64,000 bases of DNA from the human T2T-CHM13v2.0 reference genome, Homo sapiens: assembly GCF_009914755.1 (NCBI RefSeq), contig NC_060925.1. One strand, given 5' to 3'. The translations under genes were made by a program, and so were the position numbers. Numbering within the stretch: the stretch's first letter is position 1; each line of letters starts with the position of its first letter. A model generated the notes under the pieces. It was not told the DNA's origin and did no database searches. It saw only the letters and a program-made list of their open reading frames with translations. Below, piece by piece: positions 1-12,400 of this stretch.

Positions 1-754
1 TGTTTCTGTGCATTTGCACATGCTTCCCCTCTGCCCACGCCTTTCCTCTCACTTCCTCACACAGGCTAATTCTTCCTTGTCCGAATGTCCCCATCTTTCA
101 GAAGTCATATCAACTCTCAGGAGGAATAAGTCCTGTGTGCTCTCCTAGCATCCTAAGCAAATTTCAGGCTGTCCCCACATGACAGAATAAACTGCTTGAC
201 TGTCTTGACTCTCCAGTGACAAGCACACTGTGAGGTCCATCAATATGCAGTGAATTAGCAAACAAATGTTCCTTCCTGCCTGGTATTATCTCAGGCACCA
301 TCAATATTTCTGTACAGGATTTACCTCTTGCACAAAGGGTATCTCTTCTCTAAATTCCCATTGTATCTCGTTTGTGATATTCATTGTGAAACACAATCAT
401 TTAGCACCTTGCATTGTTGTTCACTCATTTCTGTGTATTTTGCTCCCAAACCAGAATGTTTGCTGCTAAAATGTCCAGACTACATCTCAGATGTCATGTT
501 CTTTGTTACCCCCGCAGTTTCTAATATAATACTATACACACAGTAGGCCATCGATGAATGATTGATGGATGAGTGCATGAATCCAAAAAAATGCTTCTTT
601 AAATAGTGACCTCCATGAAGATTTACATGATCTTGGAGAGATTTTTACCATAAAAAATAAACCAGCCTTTACATGACAGCACCCATTTGGTGCCATAAGC
701 TATGCTTGCACTTTCTGTGGGTATACATTTTCCTCCTGAAGCGGCAGTTATACC

Positions 755-1000
755 TAGTGGATCTGAGCCTGGTCTCTGGAGCTAGACTGCCTGGGTTTGA
801 AGGTGGCCTCCCTTCTTGCTAGCCTTAGTCTATAAAAGACTTGGCTGCTTCATTTGTAAAATGAAGGTGATACTAATAGGACCTACCTCATTACGTTGTA
901 AGAAAGGTAATATAAAGCAGAAAACAGGGGAGGAGGGAAGGTAATCCACATTAAATACTTGGCGTGGTGTCTGGCTTCCAGTAAGTGTCTGATAAATGCA
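755..1000 (+). mobile_element. MIR SINE (degenerate)
   Basis: MIR core-like words: tctggagctagactgcctgggtttgaa, catttgtaaaatgaagg, acctacctcat, cagtaagtgtctgataaatg. Boundaries approximate. Confidence 0.65.
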
Positions 1001-2529
1001 GTTATCAGTGTGGCTTCTAAGATGATGACAGTAGGTTTAAATGGAACAAGAACTCTTAGAGAAGCCAGGGCTCAATCATACTGGTCTTTTCATTATTGCA
1101 CTTATTTATGTGGGCAGTGTCCTTGGTGGTATCACTGTAAGGAAAGTTATAGCAACGACTTTTAGAACTAAGAAGTTAAATTCCACAGTGGGACGTGTCA
1201 TGCTATGTAACTGGACAGGAGGCCCATCAGGTATGCAGGATGCATTTCAGTAATGTCTTAGTAAAATGAGTGTGCCTTCTGCTGGGATGATTGGGTGCAA
1301 TGACATGTGCATGATACATATGAAAGACTGAATGTTATCATTTATTCATCAAAAAACATGCTGTTAGCTAGCCAGAATACAGATACTGCAAACAGCTGGT
1401 TTGCCTAAAGGATTTGCTCCTTCAGATCATAAAACCTCCTCATTACTAAGTACAGAGATGAGTATAAATTAAGTTGTAAGTTAGTTTATGCAAATTATTT
1501 TACATTTTCCTGCCTCCCAGCTCCTCCCAAAAGTAAAATAAATGCAAAACAGTCTTTTTTCATTTCTTCCCTTTGTTTTGATCCCTACGAACTAAACACA
1601 ATATTTCTAGAAAGATGTAGAAAGGTACAGCACCCCAGAAATAAGAAAAGTTGGTATATTTTATGGGGTATAAAAGGTTTTTTATTCTGTGTGTTTGTTC
1701 ACCTACCTGTCATCCTGCTTATCTGAAAGTGCCTGTCTGCATTACACCAGGCAACAGCTAAGCAGCCATTTAATCCTGCATGACTCCCTCCTCTGTATCT
1801 TGACCACATCACAGGGAGGAACCTACACCAAGGCAGTCCAGGCTTAGGTTTCCCAGCAACCTGTGACCTGGCTGGAAAATGTGAACTGTGCCAATCCGAT
1901 TCCCTTTGCCTGGAATCCAGACTAGAAGCAAGGTAAGCTTTGCCAGTTAGCCATGGGAACTGCAGCTGCAGGATCATGAGAAAGGCAGGACCACAAGAAC
2001 CTCTGCCAATTGACCTGCATGGAAAACAAAGTTGGGCACTGGGAGAGCTGAAGAAGCAGAGAAAGTCAGGGTTGGTTAGAAGGAAGAAGCAGCATTTAGA
2101 GTTCAGTTGAGTCATTTCAGTGGGTAAATGCTAGAAGAGCCAGAACCAAGCTCTCTGGACCCTGGCCCAGCACCATCCCAGGACAGTCCTCGTGAGGACA
2201 GCATTTACAGTACCTTGTCCTAGAGATCAGGGATGGATGGCCCCCTGGCCTTATTGCTTCATAGGTATCCATTTCACTTGTGTTAGATTTTGAGGGAGGG
2301 GGGTTATCTCTGTTTTTTGCAAGTACAAGAGATTTTTCTAAAACACTTACTTGGCATCAGTGTTAGAGGGGCGTTGGCTCAAAAAAGCCATGAAGGCGTA
2401 GCTTTGTGATAACAGTAGTTGGCAAGATGATAATGTCCAGATCATACACAAACATTAGCTCCACTGAACTCTGATCTCCTCAGAACCAGAGTACCTGCTT
2501 TAAAGGGACATGAGCCAATGAGAAATCAT

Positions 2530-2890
2530 GCAGATGAAGGCAGCAAGTATAATGAGAGGGTTGGAAAGTTTTTCACACAAGTACTGAAGAAATACGAGAT
2601 TTTTTACTCGAAAAAGTGAAAATTAGGGAGACAAAGGATGTTTCTAATATATGTAGAGCTGCCACGTGGAAGATACACCAGGGTTGCATTTTGTTCCTCT
2701 AAAGGCAAGAACTAGGATTGGACAGAAGTTATAAGGAGCTAGGATTTAGCCCAGAGTTTCCCAACAATGGAATGAGAGCTGCAAGATAGGGAGTATACAG
2801 CCTCTGGAGGTGTTCAACAAGAGGCCAATTGACCAGCTACCTTGTCCCAGGAGAGGGGAGTTTGTACTAGAGAATATCTGATATTATCTT
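2530..2890 (+). mobile_element. Ancient L3/CR1 LINE 3' fragment
   Basis: Resembles the CR1/L3 3' end (agagctgccacgtggaag ... agaactaggattggacagaagttataaggag). Very diverged. Confidence 0.4.
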
Positions 2891-5369
2891 CAGTGTTAAT
2901 ACACAATGAGTTTATCTACAATGACTATGTATATTACCTCTAGGCTCTAAACAAACGCTGCTGAAAGAAGCTGAATATCAAGCAGACCGTAAAATAGATA
3001 TTCCTCCTTATCTCTAGAAGACTCCAAGTGGTCCAGCAAGAGAGGAGTCATGAAATACCTCAGATCCTCTCTCATCTACATTTGTCTCTGGGGCTGTTGA
3101 GACAATGCCTCTGTCAGGGGAATGATGTCGTGGGACCTCCTCTTATTGAGATTAGCCTCTCAGAAGGGTGTCTGCTCATTGCCTTTTAAGCAGATGGAAA
3201 ATTCTGGAAAGGAACTTTATTTTTTGAAGCTTAGAGGAGGTGCCGGTTGGTGCCAATTTTCCAAGGATAAAAACCAAATTCAACTAATTTACCCCCCACT
3301 GGGGGAGTACAAAAAAGCAGGCAAGCTAAGTCTGAAAGCTCTAACAATGGTTTAGCACCACTTATCCATGGGCCTTCAGGCCTACCACCTACCAATCATG
3401 CAAGTAAGTTCAGATTATTGCAAAGACCGGACACCTCTGCGGTCCTGCTAGAACAAACCAAACAAAAATCATTCTCTGTGTGTCTTCTTTTCTGTGCCTG
3501 CCTTGGTCACCTCCACTATCCACGTTTAATAATCTGGCAAAGGACATGGCAGGTGGAGAGAAATCCCAGTATTCTCACTATATCAGGGATGCTTTCTGGA
3601 CGTCCTCTCAGGAAACAGGAAACAGCACAGCAGAAAACAACTTCTGGGAGTCTGCTAGTCAAGGCCTGGGAGCCAAGGTGTTGAGCGGGTAACCTACCAC
3701 TCCCACTGATGACACGAATGGTCCGCTTACCAACATCCCTAGCAAAAAAAAAAAAAAGTCCTTTTTTTGTTATTTCCATACTATGTCCTCACACAAGGAT
3801 TCGATTCCAGATCCAGTAAAATAGGAAAGTGCCAGAACAGAATGCCTTCAGATGAAAGAAGTGAACGGATAGGGTTTAAACTGCAGCAGTGCTAAATTAT
3901 TGTTAGAAACCAGAACCATTTTGGAGAATGATTTGGTTTTCTGTCAAACAGGCCAGGTCCATTGTGCAGCACAGAATGAAGCCCCGGAGCAATCCGGCAT
4001 CCTTCTGTGATGGTAAGGCACTCAGCCCAGCCCCATGTTAGGTGCAACCCAGGTATCTATGCATGTCCTGGCCAAGGTGGCAAGTCCAGCAGCATTTCCC
4101 AGAGCTCGTCCTCTCCCAGCCCTCTTTGTCTTCCATTGCAGAGCTGTGCATTCCACTGCAAACAGAGCCTGCCATTGAGCCATTTTTCTCTGCACTGCAC
4201 ATAGTTTCTGCTGCCAGGATGAGTCACCATGCAACACATACCCTCATCCCCTCCACGCTGTACTTAAAATACTCTAGGGCTGGCCAAACAGAACCCCACT
4301 GTGAGTGAGCACGTGTGTGAAGGTGGGATTGGCAGCTCAGCCCTGCGGAGCCCTCTGAAGAGCAGTCTGCATTGTGTTTGGCAGAGAGATTCAGAGAGCC
4401 AATATTTGGGGAGGGGCAGAGAGGGGAAGGTCTGTTTTTCAAATCTGGTTCGACCTCATGCAGCCTGCCAAGTTGCGCCCTCTCTTTTGCAGGCACCCCT
4501 CACTTTAGCTTCTCTGAACAGAAGGATCTTACTGCTAGGGGTTGATTTGTCCTGCCTCTTCTCCCAGCCCAGCTTCTGACTGGCCACCTTGCTACAAACA
4601 GGACTGCTCTGTCCTGCTTTTACCTGCCAGCCTGTCTGCCTCCAGCGTAGATTTTTCTTCAATCGCAAGAGCATCTATTCATTTCCTGAGTTAGAACATG
4701 TCATCCTCACTGGGACGGAGGTCTCTCACCGCTCTCCTGCCATTCCTGCTCTCCGCTTCCCCTCATCCACCCACAGAGCACTAACCTTGGGCAGAACCAA
4801 TCACAGGACTCCAGAACCATGCCTCTTCCCCAGCCTGCACTGAAAAAAGGGATTAAAAATTGTTCTCTTCCTCCTGAGCCTTTAAACTGAACTGAATAAT
4901 TTCTTTCTCCTTTCTGCAGAGAAACACTGGGTTTCCATACGCATTGACTGAAAAGTTGTCTTAGTTCCCCGTGGTCCACACCCTCTTCCACGCCCAGCCA
5001 CACACTCCACCTGCCGGGGCACCCCTCCCTTTGGAGAACCACACATGTTCGGCTTTCAACCTGCTGCTACAGCACCCTTCACAGAAGGGGCCTTGGAACA
5101 AAAGCCCAGCTCAGCACAGCCCAACGGGACATAAAGTACTTGAGTTATTCATTACTTGAGTTGGAGGAGGTCACAGAGCAGGAAGCGCACTGGAAAGCAA
5201 GGGGAAAGGTGGCAGAGAGGGTGGGGAATGCGTCAGGGTGACCTTCTAGGGGCTGATGGGAACTCAGAGTCCTGGTATGGGGTGGGTATAAGAGTGGGAA
5301 GGTGACAAAGTCATAGCAACAGCCCCAAGGTTAGCCAAGGTCAAATGGAAACAGCTGATTATAATTAAG

Positions 5370-5560
5370 CTAGCTACTTAGCTCTTGCCATGCCTCAGGC
5401 ACTGTGCTTAACACTTTCCCATATCGCTCCTTTTATCCTTGCAATAATGTATCACTTCAATTTTATGACTGAGGGAACAGTCCTGGAGAGAACAAGTGAC
5501 TTGCCCAAGGTCACCCAGCTAGCATGCATGTTCTGAAGCTGGGAAGGTGAATGTAGGTCT
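5370..5560 (-). mobile_element. MIR SINE
   Basis: aggcactgtgcttaacacttt ... aagtgacttgcccaaggtcacccagctag, the reverse-strand MIR core. Confidence 0.7.
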
Positions 5561-7047
5561 TTACCAGCTTGTTCTGTGTGATGAAGTGGTTAGATGAGTG
5601 GTACAATTCCAGATGGTCTAGAGTGGCGGGGCAAGTGGAGTCTGAGATGAGCTACTGAGATAAATCTGGTTCCTATAGGGCTGAGATCATGTTTTCCAGC
5701 AGCAATCCCAGGACTGGGTGGAAACCTGGAGGTTTTCAGGAAGCCTGGAGGAGGCTGGCTTAGGATGAGCTGCTGCATTGGCTGTGCAGACGTGACCCTC
5801 AGGACTTCATCTGAACCTGTGAAGAGTTTCCATGCAGGGAAGGGGGGATGAGTAGAGCTAGGGACCTAAAATTTGAGAGGGGAAGATATTCCCCAGTGGA
5901 AGACAGTAAATCAAAGACTAGAGACCAAGCATCAGTCTACTGGGTGTTTGCTACACCTCTGAAGAGCTAAGGTAGGACACTTGTTTTAGGAAAAAAGAAA
6001 ATCTGTCACTGGAGACTCTCTTTATATATTTTGTCTTACCATATGCTTCTTTTGGAAGGGGGGTTGGGAATCAAGGTACAGGAACGGAGTGGGCACAAGT
6101 AAGGGCACCACCAACTCCCAGAACCGCCTCATCCCTTCCCATGCTACCCTTTCCCCACTCATCTCTTTTTGCTGATTCTGCCTACAGATTTTCCCTCCTG
6201 TTACAGTAATGGACACTCAACAACACATACCCTTCCCAGCAACCTGTCCTGCTGGAAAACTACTCGATAAGGTAACTTCTGCCTGAAGGGGACCAGGGTC
6301 ATCATACCCGCAAGTGCAGCATCTTCCTGCAGCTCTCATACTACCAAGCTGGGGTTTTTCCAACATAAACATTACAGGTGCTAAACGAGAGGTGGCTTCC
6401 TTTCTCAATAAGCTGTTCTCTCTCTCGGATGCCCTTGACAGAGCCCTGCAGCCTCCCCCACTGGGGCTTGGTGGATAGGTGGTCGCTTCTCCCCCGAATT
6501 TCAGGAATGTTTAGGTTTGCACAGGTCCTGCAGGCGAGCTTGGAGAAGGATTAGAAAAATGCTCATTCTTAATCAGTTCGGGCTTGTCTTTATGCCAGCG
6601 AGGTTGACCTTGGGGACAGAAGGGTGGCCAGGATAAGGACAAGCATCCTGGTATTGGGGAATTCTCTGATATGGGGCTGGGACGTCAAGATGGGCCATGA
6701 TGGCCCCTGGGGATAGGGCTTCTCTGCAGTGGAAGCAGAAGCATCCCGGTGTTTTCTGCTGTGTCACTGTCCTCAGAGGGATGTATAAAGCTGCTTGGGG
6801 GCTCATAGGAGAGGGATGAAACCAAGAGTTTGGCTTTCCAGCAACAGCGGACAAAGAGTGGGAAGGGGTACTCTATGCCCCAGGTCTGCAACATCTTGCC
6901 CTATGCGCTAGGTTTTCCCAAAGGTCCTTTGGCTCCAAGAATTTTACAGCAGAACAAAGGGATCGATACCCCCAAGGGGGCATAAAAGCATGCCAATGAG
7001 AATACCCGCCGCCGACCGGGCACCAAGAAAGTCCTCGGTGGCTGGGT

Positions 7048-7172
7048 CACGTGCAGATATTGTTGCCTGGGGTCTAGACTGGCCTGAGTCTCAATTGGTT
7101 TCTACGGGACAACTCACTGCGGGCTACCGCCCTGGGTGGGTTTGGCAATTGTCCTGCTCGAGGTGGTTCAGG
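7048..7172 (+). promoter_or_regulatory. ATP1B1: Upstream element cluster: E-box/HRE CACGTG (7048-7053), palindromic Smad element GTCTAGAC (7072-7079), MRE/GRE-like element (7138-7172)
   Basis: Motifs read directly. Positions of about -750, -725 and -660 from the TATA-linked start agree with my recollection of mapped ATP1B1 HIF, Smad3 and steroid elements. Confidence 0.6.
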
Positions 7173-7720
7173 CCGCCCACAAGGGGCACAGCCGGGCAGT
7201 CAGGAACCGGGGCTGCCGGCTGGGCTGGCCTGCAAAGAAGAGGGAAGGGCCGGAACTGCAACCGCAGTGGCGGGGAGTGCGAGGGGGCGGCAGGTGCAGG
7301 AGCGGGAGGCGGGGCGGAGCTGGGCAGAGTCCTCGCCAGTCCGGCGTCCCGGAGTGACCTTCCCCCACCCCGCCAGCGCCCAGGAGGGGTGGACCCACAG
7401 CCCAGGGAGGCCGAAAGCGCGGGCGGGCAGGCAGAGGCGTGGAGGCTGGGCCAGGACTGCCGGGCTGGGGTCCTCGAGGCTCCGGGCGACCCAGGTGCGG
7501 ATCCCCCAGCCACGGAAGGGGCGGTTCACGCCCAGCCGGGAGCTGGGAGGGGGCTGCGCGGCGCTGCCTGCGCGTCCCTCACCGCCGCCCCCGCCTCCTC
7601 CTCGCCCCGCGCCCAACGCCCCGCGCCCAGCGATCCAAGCGGCCCCTCTAGCCCCGGCGGCTCCTTTGTGCCGGCCCCGAACCCGCCCTCTCGGGCCGAG
7701 TCCCTGCCCCTGGCGCCGGC

Positions 7721-7801
7721 GATTGGCCACCGGGCCGCTAGAGGGCGGGGCGCACGGCCGCCGGGGCGCGGTATATAGTAAAGGTAGGGCGGGCGCAGCC
7801 A
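7721..7801 (+). promoter_or_regulatory. ATP1B1: Core promoter: inverted CCAAT (ATTGG 7722-7726), CTCF-like/GC box (7735-7750), TATA-like TATATAGTAAA (7772-7782); predicted TSS about 7801
   Basis: Canonical CCAAT-GC-TATA order; the only AT-rich word inside the island. A second CCAAT at 8039-8043 with GC boxes suggests a downstream TATA-less start. Confidence 0.75.
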
Positions 7802-8097
7802 ATTCCTCGGCTCCTGGCGGGAGTGCCGGTGGCGCCCCGCAGTCCGCTTGTCCGTCCTTCCCTCTCTGACTCTCCTACCCCGGGCCTGTCTCTGCAGAGG
7901 TCAGGGGAGGCGGGGGCCCAGCACACGTCCCCAGTGGCAGCGGGAGCGGCAGCTACGGGTTCGCGGAGCCCCCGACCCCCCAAGGGCTAGAGGAGCGCTC
8001 GGCGGACCAAAGAAAGCCCGCGAGCGGCTGCGCGCCCACCAATAGGTGCGGGGCTCGGAGCCGCGCAGCCTGCGCCGTCCCTCCCTCCGCCCCCGCC

Positions 8098-8123
8098 CCG
8101 CCGCCGCCGCCGCCGCCGCCGCC
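8098..8123 (+). repeat. (CCG)8 trinucleotide repeat in the promoter/5' leader
   Basis: Eight uninterrupted CCG units at 8098-8121. Confidence 0.95.
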
Positions 8124-8310
8124 TCCCCCTCCTCCTGCTCCTGCCTTGGCTCCTCCGCCGCGCGTCTCGCACTCCGAGAGCCGCAGCGGCAGCGGCGCGT
8201 CCTGCCTGCAGAGAGCCAGGCCGGAGAAGCCGAGCGGCGCAGAGGACGCCAGGGCGCGCGCCGCAGCCACCCACCCTCCGGACCGCGGCAGCTGCTGACC
8301 CGCCATCGCC

Positions 8311-8407
8311 ATGGCCCGCGGGAAAGCCAAGGAGGAGGGCAGCTGGAAGAAATTCATCTGGAACTCAGAGAAGAAGGAGTTTCTGGGCAGGACCGGTGGC
8401 AGTTGGT
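8311..8407 (+). CDS. ATP1B1: ATP1B1 coding exon 1 ([32 protein letters not shown])
   Basis: Kozak context GCCATGG; N-terminus of Na,K-ATPase beta-1; donor GTAAGT at 8408; 97 nt, phase 1. Confidence 0.99.
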
Positions 8408-9365
8408 GTAAGTACGGGGTCCGCAGCTCCCGGCCGCCGCGTCTGATCTTTCCCGGGCGGCGCATCCCCTGCGCAGGGTCCGCGGCCGGTTCCGCACCCA
8501 CCGCGCTGGCCGGGGTGGCGGGGGCGAGGGTGGTGGACGCTGCTGGGTCGCGCCGGCCTGGGCTTGCAGTCCTGTGCGGAATGCGGTGTCCCCAGAGTGG
8601 GGCGCAGGGTCGGGGCTGGAACACGACAGGCGGAAGGTTATGCATATCGTAGCGATCTTGGCTTGGTAATTTGCAGTCTTTCCTACCGTGCATCGGTTGA
8701 GCCTTTTACTCCTGGGAATAGTCAGGCTCTGCGAGACTACATTTGTCTCTCCCGTGTCCTGAGTCCTTAAAAAAAAAATGAGATCTGGGGTCTTGAGAGA
8801 ACCTCGTGAGGTGATGGGATCTAATGCAGACGAGGTTGTGTGTTACAGCATCTTTCTTCTAGTCTAAATACGTATCTCAAAAGAGAGGAAAGAGAAGGGT
8901 GGAGAGGAATCCATCCACACTGTAGTATTTCACAGCGATGGCTAAGGATTTCCCTCCATGACCTCCCCTGGAGTCATCACCACCCAGAAATGGTTCAATA
9001 AGCTCCATTTCAGGACTCCGATTCTTAGCTTTGGCCCGAAACCTGGCAAAGTCTGGTTGTTTTCAAGGTCTACACAGACAGTTGTGGATCAGTCAGTAGG
9101 TTGGGTTGATTATGGTGAAGGGAATATAAACGCAGAGCAGCTGATCTTAAAATATTTTGTGCAGCCTGTTGCTTGGTTGGATAGACTTTTTTCCATCGAA
9201 AATTAGATTTCTTGTTTTCAGCCTCTCCGGAAAGGTGACTTTTTTTTTTTTTAAAAAAAGGTCATTTTGAAGGGCAGAGTTGTAGGCGAATCTATGAGTC
9301 GTGACTGCGTGAGGGAAGGAGGGAGGGAACTCCCCCTGCTGCATCACTGCCCCCTCCTCCTCCAA

Positions 9366-9425
9366 CATCATCATCATCATCATCATCATCATGACCATCA
9401 CCACCAACACCACTGGCACCACCAC
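9366..9425 (+). repeat. (CAT)9 microsatellite followed by degenerate (CAC)n
   Basis: CAT x9 at 9366-9392, then gaccatcaccaccaacaccactggcaccaccac. Confidence 0.9.
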
Positions 9426-12400
9426 TGCAGTCATTCAGGGAGTCCTGAACAGAGGCCGATTGGTGTTCCTGCTTGGGAGGATCTGTGGGAATCGGCAGGA
9501 GAATGAGTCAGGGAAATAGTGCTTAGCTGACATTTTGAAATGGAAGAAGCTGGAATATATGAATTTTTGTAAAGAAAAAAAAATGCAGCCTGTGAGTCTC
9601 TCTTGATTGAAAATTAAAGGGTTAATAATGCATCACACTTCAAGGTTAGTCAAGGTGAAGCGTCTTTCCAAGGTGTTACTGGGAAGCATAGGTATCCCTG
9701 AGCCATGGAAAATGTAGTTCTTTAATGGCTTTTAGCTTTTGTTTTATATTTTATTTTGGGGAGACTTCTTCATTGAGATTATTGTCATAGTGTCTCAGGC
9801 ATAAAGGTAGTTTCCTGTGTTTTACTGTGGAAAGGAAAACCTGAAGAACTGTGGGGTGTGTGTAGAATGAACAGCTCCCTGGCAACTCCTTGTAACTTGA
9901 GGGAGGCCTGGAAGGTGCACTGCGGTATGGGCACCCTTCTCCCCAGGTTAGCTGGGGCTTCCTTCTCTGGTGGTCTGACCCTGCTGCGTCACAGGGGCAG
10001 GGGCTGCATTGACTCTAGGCACATTGTGAAATTTGCCTTCTTGTCTTTTTCCCCTTAGTATAATATGCATCTTTGCTCATTCCAGTTTCATGCTTCTCAG
10101 AATAATACTTGCTTTAGAGGGTAAGGCAGTATGGACTGACTCATTTTTAAGCCGACATTTAATGGGCAGCACCTCCATGAGAGAGAGAAAGAGAGACCGT
10201 GTGTGTCAATTTTTATGTCTTGATATCCTATCCAGCAAGCTATCAGTATGCTGATTTGTGAATGTAGACCCAGGACTGCTGTACTTGCCTCCTCTTCCCT
10301 TCCATGTTCCACGGTACAGGTGCTGGGCTAAAAATCCCCTTTTTGTTTTGTGCTAATATGTCTGCCCCTTTCTGGCAGTGTAAAAACTGTCAGAGCCTCT
10401 CTTAGGTAGAAAAGGCGGCAGCAATTACCGTCTCCTACGGAGAAAATGCCCCTTTTCCAGCACTGGGCCCAACATGGATGCCCTTGGGGCGAGGGCAGGA
10501 TGCCCTTGGCTCGATTTTGCTTATAGGTAGATTTTCACCAAGATGGACGCAGGAGACTCGCCTGTCACCTGCTGGAGAAATCACAGCATGCAAATCACTT
10601 TGTGCCTTCTGCCTTTTTATTAGGTTAATACAGACATTGGTAGGTTTTATATTTACAGCTAGGCCTGGATGCCTGCCTGTGACCTTTTGAAGGGTACACA
10701 CTGTTTGTTTGTTCATTTGTTTGTTTTTCCAAAAAAACCTCTGTATTACTTTTTTTTAAAAGAAGAAAAATTGCGTGAAAGGGAGATGCCTCTGAAGCCT
10801 CTCAGCTCCCCTCACAGTGCCACCCCAGATAGTTGGTGTGACTTATCTAGCCTTTTTTTTGGCTAGTGGGGAGCCCCTGGTGGCCTGTGTCTGAGTGAGC
10901 CACTGCATAGGCCCCTCTAGTCCTGAGTGCTCCACTCTCTCCCAGTGACCTCACGGCAGTAACTAGGGAGATTTTATCAACTAACATCTCAGAGCAAAAA
11001 GGGAAAATTCCTCACTTTTCTTAGGATATCGTGTGGGCAGAATAGAAAGGCTGTCTGTTTCTGAGCTTAATCGGCGTACTTGCAAAATGACTTGTTTTTC
11101 CGTTGCTCTTATTTGTATTTTAAACTGTAGCCTCAATTATGTACCCTCTTATGTTGTTAGAATTAGGCATCTGGAGTCCAGGGAATGAGTATAGAGATGT
11201 TTCAGTTGTTCGAAGGGGCACATGTAGGTAAGCTAAGAGCACCAAGATGAGGTGGGGGTGGGCGGCAGCAAGAGGAAACTTGAATCAGGGCTACGATAGC
11301 TGCCTTGCTGACTGTTACACCAACTCTTGCACCTCTTAGGAGCATTCACTGGAAAAATTTTCCAGATCTCTTGACGTCACAGCGTTGCCATTTGCCTACT
11401 GCTGCTTGGATACAGAATGCAGCACTTAACCCTTGTCCTGCGGGGAGGGAGTGATTGAGTTGGGTGCTGTAGTTCTGGATTACACAACCTTTTCTTTCTT
11501 CCTTATCTTTACTTCTGTCTTTGCTTTTTTCCTTGTTATTTGCTTTTGATAGAGGAGAAAAAGGATTATGATTAAGCATTTTGCTGTGGTTTTGTGTGTT
11601 TTGCTTGTTTTAACAGCTCTGTAGCCTGATTTCCTTTAACTGTTTAGTGCCTGATAGGAAAGTTGGGCTTTTAAATGTATGGACAGGGCAACAAGGCTAA
11701 TTCCTGCAGTTGTGTACCCACTCCCTCCCTGGCCCCCTCCTACCACATATACTTCTTTTCAATAATACTGTTTTTCAGTGGCTTTTCTCCAAGTACCCTG
11801 GCATTTTTAATGCATGAGATCTGGACCTTTTTAGCAGTAACCTAAGGCTCCTTTGTGCAGTCGTGCTTCTGACTCGATAACCTTACAGTTCACTTGTTCC
11901 CTGTTTTGCATTCACATTGAGTCGTTTGGCTGGCACAGGACTGCCAGGCAATGCCTAGTACAGCCTGTTACTATGCAGCTAATCAGGGAGATAATCCTTG
12001 TAAACCAGTAACTGATAGCCACCCTCATTCCCATCTATGTGTTGAGTCTTTTTTTTTTTTTTTTTTTGCTTTTGCAGCTATTTCAGCCTCCATCCTGTTG
12101 TCTTGTTAACTATGGGAAAAAGAAAATGCAGCCCAGCAAGTCAGTCATTATTCTTGTTCCAGTTCCAGAAGATGGAATTAAAATGTGCTGGTCATTTTCA
12201 CTATAGAATTTTCTTTTTTTCCCCTTGTCTTGTCCTCCGAGGGGAAAGAGTGTGCTTTGTTGATAATACAAACCAAAGGGAGAGTGATAGTAAAAAAAAC
12301 AGGAGGATATCATCACTGGGTTTCTCAGGATTCATTGCTCTGCCATAGCAAAATAACCCTCAGGCATCTGAGCATTTGGAGAAACAGCAGAGCTTGGATT

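Larger units (their letters stand above)
7000..8700. promoter_or_regulatory. ATP1B1: CpG island spanning the ATP1B1 promoter, exon 1 and start of intron 1
   Basis: Abrupt rise in GC and CpG density relative to the flanks, with many GC boxes (GGGCGG/CCGCCC). Confidence 0.95.

Noticed and set aside
8296-8310. Possible non-AUG N-terminal extension of ATP1B1
   Set aside because: An in-frame TGA at 8296-8298 lies 15 nt upstream of the ATG.
6990-8693. Several long ORFs (200-262 aa) on both strands around the promoter
   Set aside because: Low-complexity Ala/Gly/Pro/Arg translations are expected from stop-poor CpG-island DNA and show no recognisable domain. Only 8311-8407 is coding.
9147-9506. Poly-His and poly-Met ORFs
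   Set aside because: Translations of the (CAT)n microsatellite; not a tag or a gene.
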